Part shown: one piece after another, positions 10,045 to 20,105 of the stretch
Layout: every line of letters starts with the position of its first letter
Position numbering within the stretch: the first letter of the stretch is position 1
Virus record (IMG/VR): IMGVR_UViG_3300009431_000014
Coordinates: 5,909-69,908 of that record
Source of the DNA: a virus
DNA length: 64,000 bases
Reading direction: 5' to 3' (one strand)
The notes under the pieces: generated by a model
Seen by the model: only the letters and a program-made list of their open reading frames with translations
Databases searched by the model: none
Told to the model about the DNA's origin: nothing
Translations under genes and position numbers: made by a program

Positions 10045-10097
10045 AAAAATTTTATTTGAAAAAAGTTTTTGCAATTTGTCACAAAAAGAGGGATAAT
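10045..10097 (+). promoter_or_regulatory. Host sigma70-type early promoter with AT-rich UP element
   Basis: TTGCAA (10069-10074), 17 nt, GATAAT (10092-10097), preceded by A/T tracts; upstream of the sigma-like gene. Confidence 0.6.
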
Positions 10098-10236
10098 AGT
10101 TGTGGGGGCAGGAAAAACAAATGAAACGAAAAATTTTGAAACTGGAAGGAGGTGACAAAGTGATGCAGCGGTTAGTAGAATCCGACAGCGGTGTTGGATT
10201 ATCAGGAATGAAACTTTAACAAGAAGGGGCGATGAC

Positions 10237-10950
10237 ATGAAAAAGAATAATACCTCGAAACTCAGTGAAGTATCCTACCAAGAATTCCTCAAAGATCATG
10301 CCGAATGTTACGTACAGATTATCGCAAGAAAATACCAGAACGATGTTGCAGAGTTCAATTACGAAGATCTTTGTCAAGAAGGTCGGTTGAAACTTTGGCA
10401 TCAGTACAAAGATCATCGTGAGCACTGTCCAGAGATCTCAATCTTAGAAGCTGTGAAGATCTTTAAGACTTCAATGGAGAACCTATGTAAGGATCTCCAA
10501 AGAAAGATGTTCTTCGCAGAATGTCGGAACGTGAACAAAACGATTGACCTCGATCAAATGTTAGAGTCCGTTGAGAATGACGGTAGTCGGATGCCAGACT
10601 CTCTGTTAGAGTTCTTCACTGTGAAGACGAATGCGACAGTTCTAGACTTCGAGACCAAAGAGTTAATAGATACTGTCAAAATTAAGTTAGAGCCTCTGGC
10701 TAGTCGTATTCTTGATGAGTTAATGAACCCTTCTGAGGAGTTAATTCAGATCTGTCAAAGCGATGATAGGAAGAGATTGACTTACCAGATCCACATGTGC
10801 TACTTGGAAAAATTGTTGGATGTCTCTTACGGCAGGATCTGTGAAGCCTTCGAGCAAGTGAAGGAAGCTGTGAGATTAATCTGTGACGTCGATCCTTTAG
10901 CCTATAGTGAAAAAAGAAACCAACTTCTAGCAACAATGGCAACCACTTAA
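10237..10950 (+). CDS. Phage RNA polymerase sigma factor-like protein
   Basis: IARKY..YEDLCQEGRLKLW region-2 signature; C-terminal HTH-like segment. Confidence 0.7.
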   Translation: MKKNNTSKLSEVSYQEFLKDHAECYVQIIARKYQNDVAEFNYEDLCQEGRLKLWHQYKDHREHCPEISILEAVKIFKTSMENLCKDLQRKMFFAECRNVNKTIDLDQMLESVENDGSRMPDSLLEFFTVKTNATVLDFETKELIDTVKIKLEPLASRILDELMNPSEELIQICQSDDRKRLTYQIHMCYLEKLLDVSYGRICEAFEQVKEAVRLICDVDPLAYSEKRNQLLATMATT

Positions 10951-11020
10951 GGAATAGGGTTACGTTCTAGTCCTTGTTGATGGTTGGTTGCCACGGAAGT
11001 AACTAAGTAAGGAGGAAGTT

Positions 11021-11383
11021 ATGAAACTAGTACTAGTAGAATCAAGTAACTTGTCAGCTATCGCTTATGACGAAGTTAACAAGAAGTTGTATGTTCAATT
11101 CAGCAGTGGCGGGATCTATTCTTATTCAGATGTAATCCCTGAGGTTCATGAGCAATTCATGGTGTCAGAATCGAAAGGTCGATTCTTCCACGCTAACGTG
11201 AAGAGTGCTGGGTATAAATACCAAAGGTTAACTGAAGAAGAGATTGCACTACTCTTCGGTGTTGAGAAAGAGCCTGAGACCACTCCTGAGCCTAAACCAG
11301 AACCTGAGCCTGAGGCTGGTGCCGAAAATTCGGCAGGAGCTCCTGAGCAGGAAAGTGGAGCGAAGAATGAGCAAGGTGACTAA
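11021..11383 (+). CDS. KTSC domain protein with acidic Pro/Glu tail
   Basis: VESSNLSAIAYD..LYVQF.SG.IY.Y.DV..SKGRFFH. Confidence 0.85.
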   Translation: MKLVLVESSNLSAIAYDEVNKKLYVQFSSGGIYSYSDVIPEVHEQFMVSESKGRFFHANVKSAGYKYQRLTEEEIALLFGVEKEPETTPEPKPEPEPEAGAENSAGAPEQESGAKNEQGD

Positions 11384-11562
11384 AAGGAAGTTCGGAGTCA
11401 ACCGAATCAATATGAGTATGGAACAAGGCAACCTCATTTGTGCAGAATGTGGACATCGAGCAGGACTTCATTACGGGAATGAGTGTCCTACCAAAGTGGT
11501 TGGCACTGGTAAGCCTCTACCGAAGAACGAGAAGATGGCTGCATGGGCGAAGGAGCACCTGA

Positions 11563-11904
11563 ATGATTAGATGTTACTTCTGTAGATGGGTCGGGATGTA
11601 CTGCATCAAAGAACAGTGCTTAGAAGACAACATATTCAGATTCTCGTTGAAGCCTTTATGGGGATTACTGATGCAGAGAGTGAGACTTTTGAAGATATAC
11701 TTCAAGAAGAAAGCCACACAGCATAAGCCAGACTACTATACAGGTGGATATTACACTCCAGGAGTAGACCCAGAAGTAACCTGTTGGCATTGTAAGAAAA
11801 CGTTTCTTTGTGATGCCATGGATGCAACTTGTCGTTTATGTGGAGCACCTTACGATAAAACTAGATGCGAAGAATTCAAATTCACGCCTAAGGAGAACCA
11901 ATGA
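11563..11904 (+). CDS. Hypothetical Cys-rich (Zn ribbon) protein
   Basis: CWHC and CRLC pairs. Confidence 0.5.
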   Translation: MIRCYFCRWVGMYCIKEQCLEDNIFRFSLKPLWGLLMQRVRLLKIYFKKKATQHKPDYYTGGYYTPGVDPEVTCWHCKKTFLCDAMDATCRLCGAPYDKTRCEEFKFTPKENQ

Positions 11905-12458
11905 AAAATATACAGCAACTTTTAGAGTCTGTTGAACATGAGGGACTAAGGACTGTTTTAATCGATACATACTCTCATGTCAATGACGAGTTCATGAATA
12001 AGCCTGCTGCAGTTAAGCATCATCACAAAGAGCAGGGTGGAATGGGGAGACACGTGATGGAAGTAATGAACATTGCTTTGGAGACATATGACCAGCATCC
12101 TGATTGGTATGAGTGCTCCAGAGACGATGTTATCGTGGTGGCATTCTGCCACGACTTCGATAAGTTGGGTCGCTATGTTGCACTGGCTGCGAATCACTGG
12201 AAACGACAGAAGAAATACGGTGGAGCGGAGTTCGAATACGCTGAGGATAAAGTGAAACTACACGAATCTGCAGAAACTGTGATGACGTGTGCGAAGCTTG
12301 GTATACCTATGAATCCGATGAGAGTTAACGCAATCTGTTATCATCACGGTGGATGGGCAGACGGTAAACCATCCACAGGCTTGATGACTCCGTTGGCAGT
12401 TCTAATCCATACGGCAGATATCTTGAGCACTAAAATCTTCGGACAAAAGCAGGAGTAA
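11901..12458 (+). CDS. HD-domain phosphohydrolase (YhaM-like)
   Basis: PAAVKHHH..GG..H, CHDFDK, YHHG, HTAD. Confidence 0.8.
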   Translation: MKNIQQLLESVEHEGLRTVLIDTYSHVNDEFMNKPAAVKHHHKEQGGMGRHVMEVMNIALETYDQHPDWYECSRDDVIVVAFCHDFDKLGRYVALAANHWKRQKKYGGAEFEYAEDKVKLHESAETVMTCAKLGIPMNPMRVNAICYHHGGWADGKPSTGLMTPLAVLIHTADILSTKIFGQKQE

Positions 12459-12460
12459 AA

Positions 12461-12697
12461 ATGAGTGCTGATAATGGAATATATTTACATAAGTTTAGAA
12501 AGGGTTGGAAAGTAATCCATGCCCAAGCAATAGAGAATATTTACTGGCAAAAAGGAGAAAAGAAATATAATTACAATATTCTTTACAGCTATTTCAAACA
12601 TAGCCCTTGGTTTAAAACTAAAGAGGAAGCGTTAGAATATGCTTTTAAATTACATAAAGAATATGAATGGACAGAATATGGAATATGTGAAGTATAA
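12461..12697 (+). CDS. Hypothetical protein, locally AT-rich
   Basis: MSADNGIY..WTEYGI; RBS present. Confidence 0.6.
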   Translation: MSADNGIYLHKFRKGWKVIHAQAIENIYWQKGEKKYNYNILYSYFKHSPWFKTKEEALEYAFKLHKEYEWTEYGICEV

Positions 12698-13124
12698 ATA
12701 AAACTGTGGATTGGTGGTATGGAGCTGACCGACAAAGCAAAGCTACTTATCCTAGAGATCTAGAATGGGGGACACATGACAGTCAAAAAGCTAATTGAAA
12801 AATATGTCGAACTCCAGAAGCAAAATTATGAGAGCATCTTGATTAGTCAGGTTGTCAACGATCTCAGACAAATCCAGATGCAGAATGATCTGAGAGCTGC
12901 GAGAAGAAAAGGACTTATTGTATGAAATTCGTGATGTCAATCAACATTCAACATCTCCGTGAAGGAGACTTCTTCGAACTCTCTATCCATAGTCCGAGAC
13001 TGAAATCAAGTTTCTTATTAGATCGTAATCAACTTAATAATGTAAGAGTCTTAATTGAGCGAGCACTTATTGATTCTAAGATTAAAAATAACAAAGAATT
13101 ACCGTAAGGTTAACCCCTCTTTTT

Positions 13125-13139
13125 CGTTTAGTTGGTTGA
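13125..13139 (+). promoter_or_regulatory. Phage promoter-like motif CGTTTAGTTGGTTGA
   Basis: Intergenic, before RBS AAGGAGG and ATG 13155. Confidence 0.7.
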
Positions 13140-13154
13140 GCGGAAGGAGGGGTA

Positions 13155-13469
13155 ATGCATAATCAGTTGGATGAGTATTGTAAGAACGATGATATGATGG
13201 CTTTATTTTATGATGAGTATATCGTTCAAGGGAACATCCCCAGTTACGAAGAGGTTCAAGCTACCGTTCGATTCTTCACTACTTTCTCCATCGGTTGTCT
13301 CCAACGTGGTTTAGATAGTGTTGGTCAGAGTATGGGGCGTCGTTTGGATGCGTATATTGGTTTGTTACGTAGAATTGGTTGGAAGAGTGGCAAATATCTC
13401 GCAGGTGGGAGAACTTTTGGTTTGGAGACAATAATTAGCGGAGCACTGACTCCGTATTTGGGAGAGTAA
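13155..13469 (+). CDS. Hypothetical protein
   Basis: ORF with strong RBS. Confidence 0.55.
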   Translation: MHNQLDEYCKNDDMMALFYDEYIVQGNIPSYEEVQATVRFFTTFSIGCLQRGLDSVGQSMGRRLDAYIGLLRRIGWKSGKYLAGGRTFGLETIISGALTPYLGE

Positions 13470-13761
13470 ATGTATAATGACCGAATAACTTTAGATAGAG
13501 CTCTCAGCAGATTCGAGAGAAGGTGGAGACGGAATAAGAAGTACCGTTTTCTTCAGCTCTTTAAGATCTTAGCTTGGGTATTCTTAGGTTATTTCATAGC
13601 AAGGATGGTTCACTTTGGTTAGACTTAGATGTGATAATCAAAATTGTTTACATAACAGAGATAATTTCTGTACTTCTCCACAGATTGAGATCGATCACGT
13701 TGGGTTCTGTCTGGGGCTGGAAGAATTGCCAGAAGAGAATGTTAATCCTAAGGAGGATAAG

Positions 13762-14229
13762 ATGACAAAAATTAGAACTTATTTCGCATCGGGTTGGTTC
13801 ACGAAGAATCAGCAGAGCACTTATGAGCAGCTCAAAGAGATCCTGGATACGATGGATGAGACTTTTGAGGTATTCTACCCAAAGCATGCATCCGCAGATC
13901 TCCAGGGGAATCTAAGTGACCCGAAGGTTAGAGCAGAGATCTTCGAGAAGAATGTCCGAGCAATTGATCAAGCGGATCTTGTGATTTGTTCTACTGAAGA
14001 CAAGGACACAGGTTCTATCATGGAAGCAGGTTATGCGACTGCGAAGTCGAAGCCTATTGTTTATGCGAACTTCCATCTTGGAGATGCTCCGTTCAACTTG
14101 ATGTTAACGGAGTCTGGGATTGCGATTGCGAAGACTGCTGAGACGTTCTTGGAGATCTTACAGCTCATCAAGTCTGAAGGTCTTGAGTCTCCAAAGCTCC
14201 AGCAGTACTTAGAACAGGATGCTGAGTAA
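13762..14229 (+). CDS. Nucleoside 2-deoxyribosyltransferase / nucleotide N-hydrolase family
   Basis: YFASGWF, IDQADLV, KDTGSIMEAGYA, FNLML; AAGGAGG RBS before ATG 13762. Confidence 0.85.
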   Translation: MTKIRTYFASGWFTKNQQSTYEQLKEILDTMDETFEVFYPKHASADLQGNLSDPKVRAEIFEKNVRAIDQADLVICSTEDKDTGSIMEAGYATAKSKPIVYANFHLGDAPFNLMLTESGIAIAKTAETFLEILQLIKSEGLESPKLQQYLEQDAE

Positions 14230-14637
14230 TGGTGAAGTGGCATAAAATCAAAAATAATTGGGAACATAAGCAGCCGAAGCACTTTTGGAGTCATTGGTTC
14301 CATGATACGTATGCTGATATATTAACTTGTGAACGAGGCAAAGTCCAGCGATGTCTTTGTCGAGATTGTAAAGTCTGGTGGGTGAGGATAAAGAGATGGT
14401 GGCACATAAACTAATCGAAACGGAAACTATTCTTGAGGACGACTACCCAGTCTATGCTATGTATTGTTACATCGTAGATAATGTGTTCACTCGTTCGATG
14501 ATCCAAGGTACTGTGTTGGATCTTAAGAGAGACCTGGATGCCAAAGAAGTCCGTAAATGCGACCTGTTCGCACACCCAGGAGCTCGAATCGGTGACAGAG
14601 TTGGATAGTTCACGTTCAGTCTTGTGGAGGTAGGAAG

Positions 14638-15279
14638 ATGTTAAATTTGAAACAGATGTTGAGTGGTGAGATCCGTAAAGCATCTCACGTAATTCGTTAT
14701 TCAAGTATTGAACACGGCAGAGATCAGAACATCGCAGAGCATTCTCATTATGTCACGTTGTATGCGTTGATGATTGGGAGAGATTGTCTTCAGGCTGGTA
14801 TGAAGTTGAAGATGGAGAAGTTGTTAATCGATGCTATTATGCACGATGTTGATGAAGTGGTGACTGGAGACTTCATCCGTTCGTTCAAGTACTCGAATGA
14901 TGAGATGCACGCAATGATGGATGATATGGCTTCTTACGGCTGTAAAGAATTGTTACAGCAGTTGGGAGTCCCAGAGCTCCATAAGAATTGGGAGCATGCG
15001 AAAGATACGAAGACAATTGAAGGTCAGATCGTACTAATCGCAGATCTGTTAGAGGTCGTGGCGTATTGTATCACTCGGATTAAGGTTGGGAATCAGCATA
15101 TGAAGACTGTCCTCCGAGGTGCGTATGAGAAATTCATCACCAAGATGGACGGTGCTGTCTATGATCGTTACAAAACTGCAATCGCTGAGGTTGTGATGCA
15201 ATATGTCGGAGATGCACCAGAGCAACCTATGCCATTAATGGACTACAAGAAAGAACTTAAGGAGAAGTCTAGTGAGTGA
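14638..15279 (+). CDS. HD-domain 5'-deoxynucleotidase (YfbR-like)
   Basis: RYS..QNIAEHSHYV, MHDVDEVVTGD, ADLLE. Confidence 0.85.
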   Translation: MLNLKQMLSGEIRKASHVIRYSSIEHGRDQNIAEHSHYVTLYALMIGRDCLQAGMKLKMEKLLIDAIMHDVDEVVTGDFIRSFKYSNDEMHAMMDDMASYGCKELLQQLGVPELHKNWEHAKDTKTIEGQIVLIADLLEVVAYCITRIKVGNQHMKTVLRGAYEKFITKMDGAVYDRYKTAIAEVVMQYVGDAPEQPMPLMDYKKELKEKSSE

Positions 15280-15772
15280 AGAAACTAAAGAATTACCACA
15301 ACATACCCAAGAAGCACTTGGGATCTTAGACGAGGTCAAATTCCTCATTGAGAACCGTGATCGTCAGTACGGAGGCAGTTGGTATGACTACGGATTAGAC
15401 GGTAACTTCTCTCATCTCAAAGAGAAGGTTCTGAGGTTCTCTCACCAAATGAAAGCGGAGTTACCTGCCGAGGTTAGTTCAGATACGCTTTGGGACTTAA
15501 TTGTCTGGGCAACGTTCTGTATTGTGTGCTTAAGGAAGAAGCACGAAACCAGCAGAGATCAGCTTGATGGTGAGAAGTACAAGAAAATGTACTCTAAGGA
15601 ACACCTGTACGGTAATCAAGATGAATTAACTGCAGACGATCATTTTATTCTAGCATCGAAGTTCTACAACGCAATCTTCCAGAATTATAAGAATCGTCAG
15701 CGAATCCCGAAGGTGATGATCGAAGAATTCATAGTCTCATTGGAGAGACTAAGGAATAAGTTGGAAGAATAA
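15272..15772 (+). CDS. All-alpha nucleotide-modification-associated / MazG-like protein
   Basis: RDRQYGGSW..K..R..DTLWDL pattern. Confidence 0.5.
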   Translation: MSEETKELPQHTQEALGILDEVKFLIENRDRQYGGSWYDYGLDGNFSHLKEKVLRFSHQMKAELPAEVSSDTLWDLIVWATFCIVCLRKKHETSRDQLDGEKYKKMYSKEHLYGNQDELTADDHFILASKFYNAIFQNYKNRQRIPKVMIEEFIVSLERLRNKLEE

Positions 15773-15783
15773 GGAGGTGCTCT

Positions 15784-16101
15784 ATGGGGGAGAAGTCTGA
15801 TTATAATAGTGATATCCGCAGCTACGAAGATATGTTAGCAAGATACAAGCACGGTGTTGGTTATCGAGTCGCTCGGTATAGTGCGGATAAGGTCAACCGC
15901 AGTCTCCCTCTCAAGAGAGCAGCTGTGAGTTGTAGTACTGTCTTTCGTCAGGGACAGGTGATGAATCTCTCGAAGATCCCTGAGTACCTGAAGCACTTAG
16001 AGTCTCTCTTGGATTCTTTAGATAGAGGTGATCCGAAGCAAGCGGACAATGAGATCCAATACTTCTTATACCCCACTAAGACCAAGATCAGGAAGAATTA
16101 A
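15784..16101 (+). CDS. Hypothetical protein
   Basis: Strong RBS AAGGAGGTG. Confidence 0.55.
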   Translation: MGEKSDYNSDIRSYEDMLARYKHGVGYRVARYSADKVNRSLPLKRAAVSCSTVFRQGQVMNLSKIPEYLKHLESLLDSLDRGDPKQADNEIQYFLYPTKTKIRKN

Positions 16102-16199
16102 TGAGCGAACTCTTAATACAAATCATTGTTTGTTTATTAGTACTCGCATATGCGTTCCGAAAACTAGCCGTTCGGCTATCAAACTGAAGGAGGAGTCCA

Positions 16200-17033
16200 A
16201 TGAAAGAACCTAAAGTCACCCTGCTAACTCACACACCCAATCCTGTACAGACTTTACGTGCAGTTTGGGATGTTAGCAAAACCGAGAAACCTCTGGATTC
16301 AATCCTCAAGGCTGGTTCACAACCAGACGATCTTGAGTTGTTCCAGAAAATCATAGCGATGGAAATCCCAGTCGCAGAATTCATCCACTTCATCTTCATT
16401 CTTGAAGATGTTCCCGTTTACTTCAGAGAACAGCTTGTGAGACATACGGTTGGTGTAGCTTTCTGGATGCAGTCTCATCGAATAACAGACCTCTCAAGAT
16501 TCTCGGAAGATCAACTTTATTATACTCCGAAGTCAATCTCCAAAGATCTTCACAACAAGGCAGACCTCGACCACTGTATGGCAGTCATCGGTGACACTTA
16601 CGGTAAGCTTGTTCAGCGAGGTGTGCCTCTTGAAGATGCGAGAGCAGTAATGCCTTCAGCGACAATACACCGATTGAACATGGTGGTTGATCTCCGTTGT
16701 TTAATGCATATGATTAAACAGCGTTCTTGTCATATATTGCAAGGCTCGATTTGGAAACCGATTATTGACCAGATTATCCATGAGTTGGAGATCAAGGTGG
16801 ATCCGAGTTTCAAAATGCTCAGGAACCCAGTTTGTGTGCGTCATGGGAAGTTCATCGGATGTCGGTATGATCATGATAACGAGAGGAGACTCGACGGTAG
16901 GGATAAACTCCCACCTTGTTGTCTCTGGATGAAAGAGAAGGGTATCAAAGAAGAGAGTGTGCCGAATCTAGATACTTATATGGAAGGCAAGGAAGCCATG
17001 GTTGAATTCTTTGGTGAGGAGATTGTAGCCTAA
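16200..17033 (+). CDS. thyX: FAD-dependent thymidylate synthase
   Basis: EQLVRH..QSHR, EDARAVMP, DLRCL..R. Confidence 0.85.
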   Translation: MKEPKVTLLTHTPNPVQTLRAVWDVSKTEKPLDSILKAGSQPDDLELFQKIIAMEIPVAEFIHFIFILEDVPVYFREQLVRHTVGVAFWMQSHRITDLSRFSEDQLYYTPKSISKDLHNKADLDHCMAVIGDTYGKLVQRGVPLEDARAVMPSATIHRLNMVVDLRCLMHMIKQRSCHILQGSIWKPIIDQIIHELEIKVDPSFKMLRNPVCVRHGKFIGCRYDHDNERRLDGRDKLPPCCLWMKEKGIKEESVPNLDTYMEGKEAMVEFFGEEIVA

Positions 17034-19597
17034 TGGATCAACCTTCTCCTTTATCTCCTGTTTGTCAGAAGTGCACTGCGTGGAATGACACCACGAATCC
17101 GTTTATTCAGAGTGACGGTTCGGAGAATCCAGATATCCTCTTTGTTGGAGAGGCTCCTGGGGCTGATGAAGAGGCTATGGGTAAGCCCTTCGTTGGTAAA
17201 TCTGGACAGTTGCTCCGAGATATAATTGAACAATTAGAGCTTCAATCTTATCGTATTACTAATGCTGTTCGTTGTCGCCCACCACAGAATAAGTTGAGAG
17301 GCACAGAGCCAGACTATTGCAAAAAGTATCTAATCGAGGAGATACTTAGGTGCCGTCCGAAACTGATCGTGACACTTGGAGCTGTGCCTCTCAAGTCTGT
17401 GACTGGGATCAATGGTATCATGAAAGTCCGAAGTGAAATCCAATCTTGGATTCTAGCTAATGAAGAGTATAATCCTTTAGTTCTACCGACAGTTCATCCT
17501 GCTTCTACGATGTATCGACCTGAGAACCTAGAATACCTTATGCAGGACTGCGAGTTGATTCCAGGATTGTTGGAAAGGATAGATCATGATCCTGTTCAAG
17601 AAACCCAGATAGTCTGTGATACTCTTGAGAAGCTTGTTTATGTGATTGAACAATGTCTTAAGACTGATAGGATAGCAATCGATACAGAGACAACAGGATT
17701 AAATCCTTATCAAGGTGCGGAAGTCATGTTAGCTTCTGTATCTTGGGCAGAAGGTGAATCTGCTGTAATTTTGTTCGATAAGGAACATACCTTCGATCGG
17801 GAACTCAGTCTCCGTTATTTTGATAAAATCCTACGTGTTCCGATAGATAAGGTTTTCCATAATGCAAGATTCGATATTGATATTATTGAGACGCATCTAG
17901 GACTGAAGGTTCGTCAGTTCGCTGGTGATACGATGATTGCTCAGTTCTTAGCAGATGAGACAACTAAACGTGGGTTGAAGTATTTGACAGGGCGGTATCT
18001 CAAGATCTATAACTATGATGCTCCCTTACAAGACTGGTTCAAGCAGAATCCTAAAGCTCAGAAGCAAGGGATGAAACTCGTACCTAAGGAGTTGTTATAT
18101 CCATATGCGTGTAGAGATGCAGATTACACTCGGAGGCTCTCTTATGTTCTAGATGAGACTTTAAAGAAGCTCGGTATGACGGATCTGTATCATAAACACA
18201 TGATTCCCTTGACTCATAATTGTATTAAGATGCGTCAGAATGGTATTAAGATCGATGTGAACCAGCTCCAAGTGCTCACCGAAGAGTATAAAAAGGAGAT
18301 CGAGGCATTCAAGGAATACTTTAATAACCATGACATGGTCAAAAGCATGCTTAAAGATAAACATCTTCGGGAGTTACAGGCTCTTAAAGCGATCACGCAG
18401 GATCCTAAAAGACTCGAGAGACTCTTGGAGCAACAGCAAAAAGATTATTTTAATCCGAATTCTACCAAACAAGTTGCGACTCTCCTGTTCGATTACTTAC
18501 ATCTGGCGAAGATTGAAGGGCACAGCACTTCCAAACATGTTCTCGCAGAGTTATCTAAGACAAGTGAAGAGGCTGTGAAGCTGCTTGAGTACCGTAAGAA
18601 GAACAAGATGTATACTGCTTTCTTAGTTCCAATGCCTGAGTTAATGGATCAGGGTGCGTTCGTGAGACCAGAAGTTATCCCAGATGGGACTCGTTCTGGT
18701 AGGACTTCTTGTCGGAATCCTAATTTACAACAAGCTCCTTGGGATGCTCGTGTCCGTTCTTTGTATTGTACTCGTTGGGAGAAAGGAGCTCTTTATCTTG
18801 TAGACTATTCGCAGATTGAATTGAGAGTCATGGCGATGATGTCTGGGGATCAGACGATGACAAAATTCTATACTGAACTAGACGAACACGGGAACTTCAA
18901 AGACTTCCATACAACGACTGCAGCGAAAGTATATAGAGTTAAGGAAGATCAAGTCGAATCTTGGCAGAGACGCTTCATCAAAACAGTTAACTTCGGTATA
19001 GCTTATGGACGTGGTGCAGTAGCGATTGCAGCTCAGTTCGATCTCGAGGTTGACTATTGTAAGGAGATCATCCAAGATTGGTGGGGACAATTCCCTCAAC
19101 TGAGAGCTTGGAGAGATAATTTGCATGCAGAAGCTTCGAAGAACGCTCAGATCCGAACTCCTTACGGTCGGAGAAGAGTACTCCCAGGTGTACTTTCTGA
19201 GGATCCAAAGATACGGAATAGTTCCTTAAATGCAGCGATCAACTCTCCAGTCCAAGGAACTGCTGCAGATATCTGTAATGAAGCAATGAATCGTTGTATG
19301 AGTTTCATTGAGAAGAATAACCTGAGAACAAAAATCATTATGGTTATCCACGATTCAATTATCTTCGATATCCCTGAGGATGAAGTGCACTATGTTGAAG
19401 AAGTTTTTATGCCGATTATGGAGAGTATTCGTTATCCTTGGATGGGTAAGATGCCTCTCGTTGTTGAGGCGAAGACTGCAAGAACTTGGGGTGAGATGGA
19501 AGATATGAAGATGCGTGGTGAATGGGAAGGACAATCTGCTAGAACACAAGAATTACAAGCGGGTCAAGAACAAGAAGTTGGGGAGGAATTTTTATAA
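17033..19597 (+). CDS. polA: Family A DNA polymerase with N-terminal family-4 uracil-DNA glycosylase and 3'-5' exonuclease domains
   Basis: VGEAPG..PFVGKSG..NAVRCRP..HP (UDG4); DTETTG, HNARFD, YACRDA (exonuclease); DYSQIELR, KTVNFGIAYG, IHDSI (PolA motifs A, B, C). Confidence 0.95.
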   Translation: MDQPSPLSPVCQKCTAWNDTTNPFIQSDGSENPDILFVGEAPGADEEAMGKPFVGKSGQLLRDIIEQLELQSYRITNAVRCRPPQNKLRGTEPDYCKKYLIEEILRCRPKLIVTLGAVPLKSVTGINGIMKVRSEIQSWILANEEYNPLVLPTVHPASTMYRPENLEYLMQDCELIPGLLERIDHDPVQETQIVCDTLEKLVYVIEQCLKTDRIAIDTETTGLNPYQGAEVMLASVSWAEGESAVILFDKEHTFDRELSLRYFDKILRVPIDKVFHNARFDIDIIETHLGLKVRQFAGDTMIAQFLADETTKRGLKYLTGRYLKIYNYDAPLQDWFKQNPKAQKQGMKLVPKELLYPYACRDADYTRRLSYVLDETLKKLGMTDLYHKHMIPLTHNCIKMRQNGIKIDVNQLQVLTEEYKKEIEAFKEYFNNHDMVKSMLKDKHLRELQALKAITQDPKRLERLLEQQQKDYFNPNSTKQVATLLFDYLHLAKIEGHSTSKHVLAELSKTSEEAVKLLEYRKKNKMYTAFLVPMPELMDQGAFVRPEVIPDGTRSGRTSCRNPNLQQAPWDARVRSLYCTRWEKGALYLVDYSQIELRVMAMMSGDQTMTKFYTELDEHGNFKDFHTTTAAKVYRVKEDQVESWQRRFIKTVNFGIAYGRGAVAIAAQFDLEVDYCKEIIQDWWGQFPQLRAWRDNLHAEASKNAQIRTPYGRRRVLPGVLSEDPKIRNSSLNAAINSPVQGTAADICNEAMNRCMSFIEKNNLRTKIIMVIHDSIIFDIPEDEVHYVEEVFMPIMESIRYPWMGKMPLVVEAKTARTWGEMEDMKMRGEWEGQSARTQELQAGQEQEVGEEFL

Positions 19598-19614
19598 TGC
19601 TAAGACTGAGATTA

Positions 19615-19629
19615 CGTTCAGTTGGTTGG
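19615..19629 (+). promoter_or_regulatory. Phage promoter-like motif CGTTCAGTTGGTTGG
   Basis: Intergenic, before the recombination operon. Confidence 0.65.
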
Positions 19630-19642
19630 AGGTGAGAAAATT

Positions 19643-20095
19643 ATGCCAATTCCAGATAAGGAACTTCTGAAGCTTCGAGTTAAAGCTGGTAAAGAATACG
19701 ATGTCGACTTGAATGAGATGTTGGTTCTTGACGAGAATAACTTGAAGAGTGCTTACCAAGATCAGGGTTCTCTCTTCGCATGGTGGAAAGCTGCTCGAGC
19801 GATCGCACGTCGTTATCGCTCTCAGCTGAACAAGAAACTGAATGAGCGAAGGAGTGCTCTCACGAAGGATCTACGTAGTGAGTCTGATGAGAAGTTATTG
19901 AAGTGGACACTCTCTGATATCGAAGCTCGCATACTACTCGATGACCAGTACAAGCTCCTTGGGGATAAATTAATCGATGCCGATTACCACCAGGATCTTC
20001 TTGACGCAGTAATCGGAGCTCTAGACCATCGTAAAGAGATGTTGATCTCACTCGGAGCTCAGGTGAGACAGGAAATTAACCAGAATCTAAAATAG
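19643..20095 (+). CDS. UvsY-like recombination mediator
   Basis: Helical about 150-aa protein ending ALDHRKEMLISLG, upstream of SSB/RecA. Confidence 0.55.
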   Translation: MPIPDKELLKLRVKAGKEYDVDLNEMLVLDENNLKSAYQDQGSLFAWWKAARAIARRYRSQLNKKLNERRSALTKDLRSESDEKLLKWTLSDIEARILLDDQYKLLGDKLIDADYHQDLLDAVIGALDHRKEMLISLGAQVRQEINQNLK

Positions 20096-20105
20096 GAGGT
20101 GTCAG

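Noticed and set aside
13615-13761. Cys-rich in-frame N-terminal extension of the deoxyribosyltransferase
   Set aside because: TTG start without a clear RBS, whereas ATG 13762 has AAGGAGG; a fusion cannot be supported
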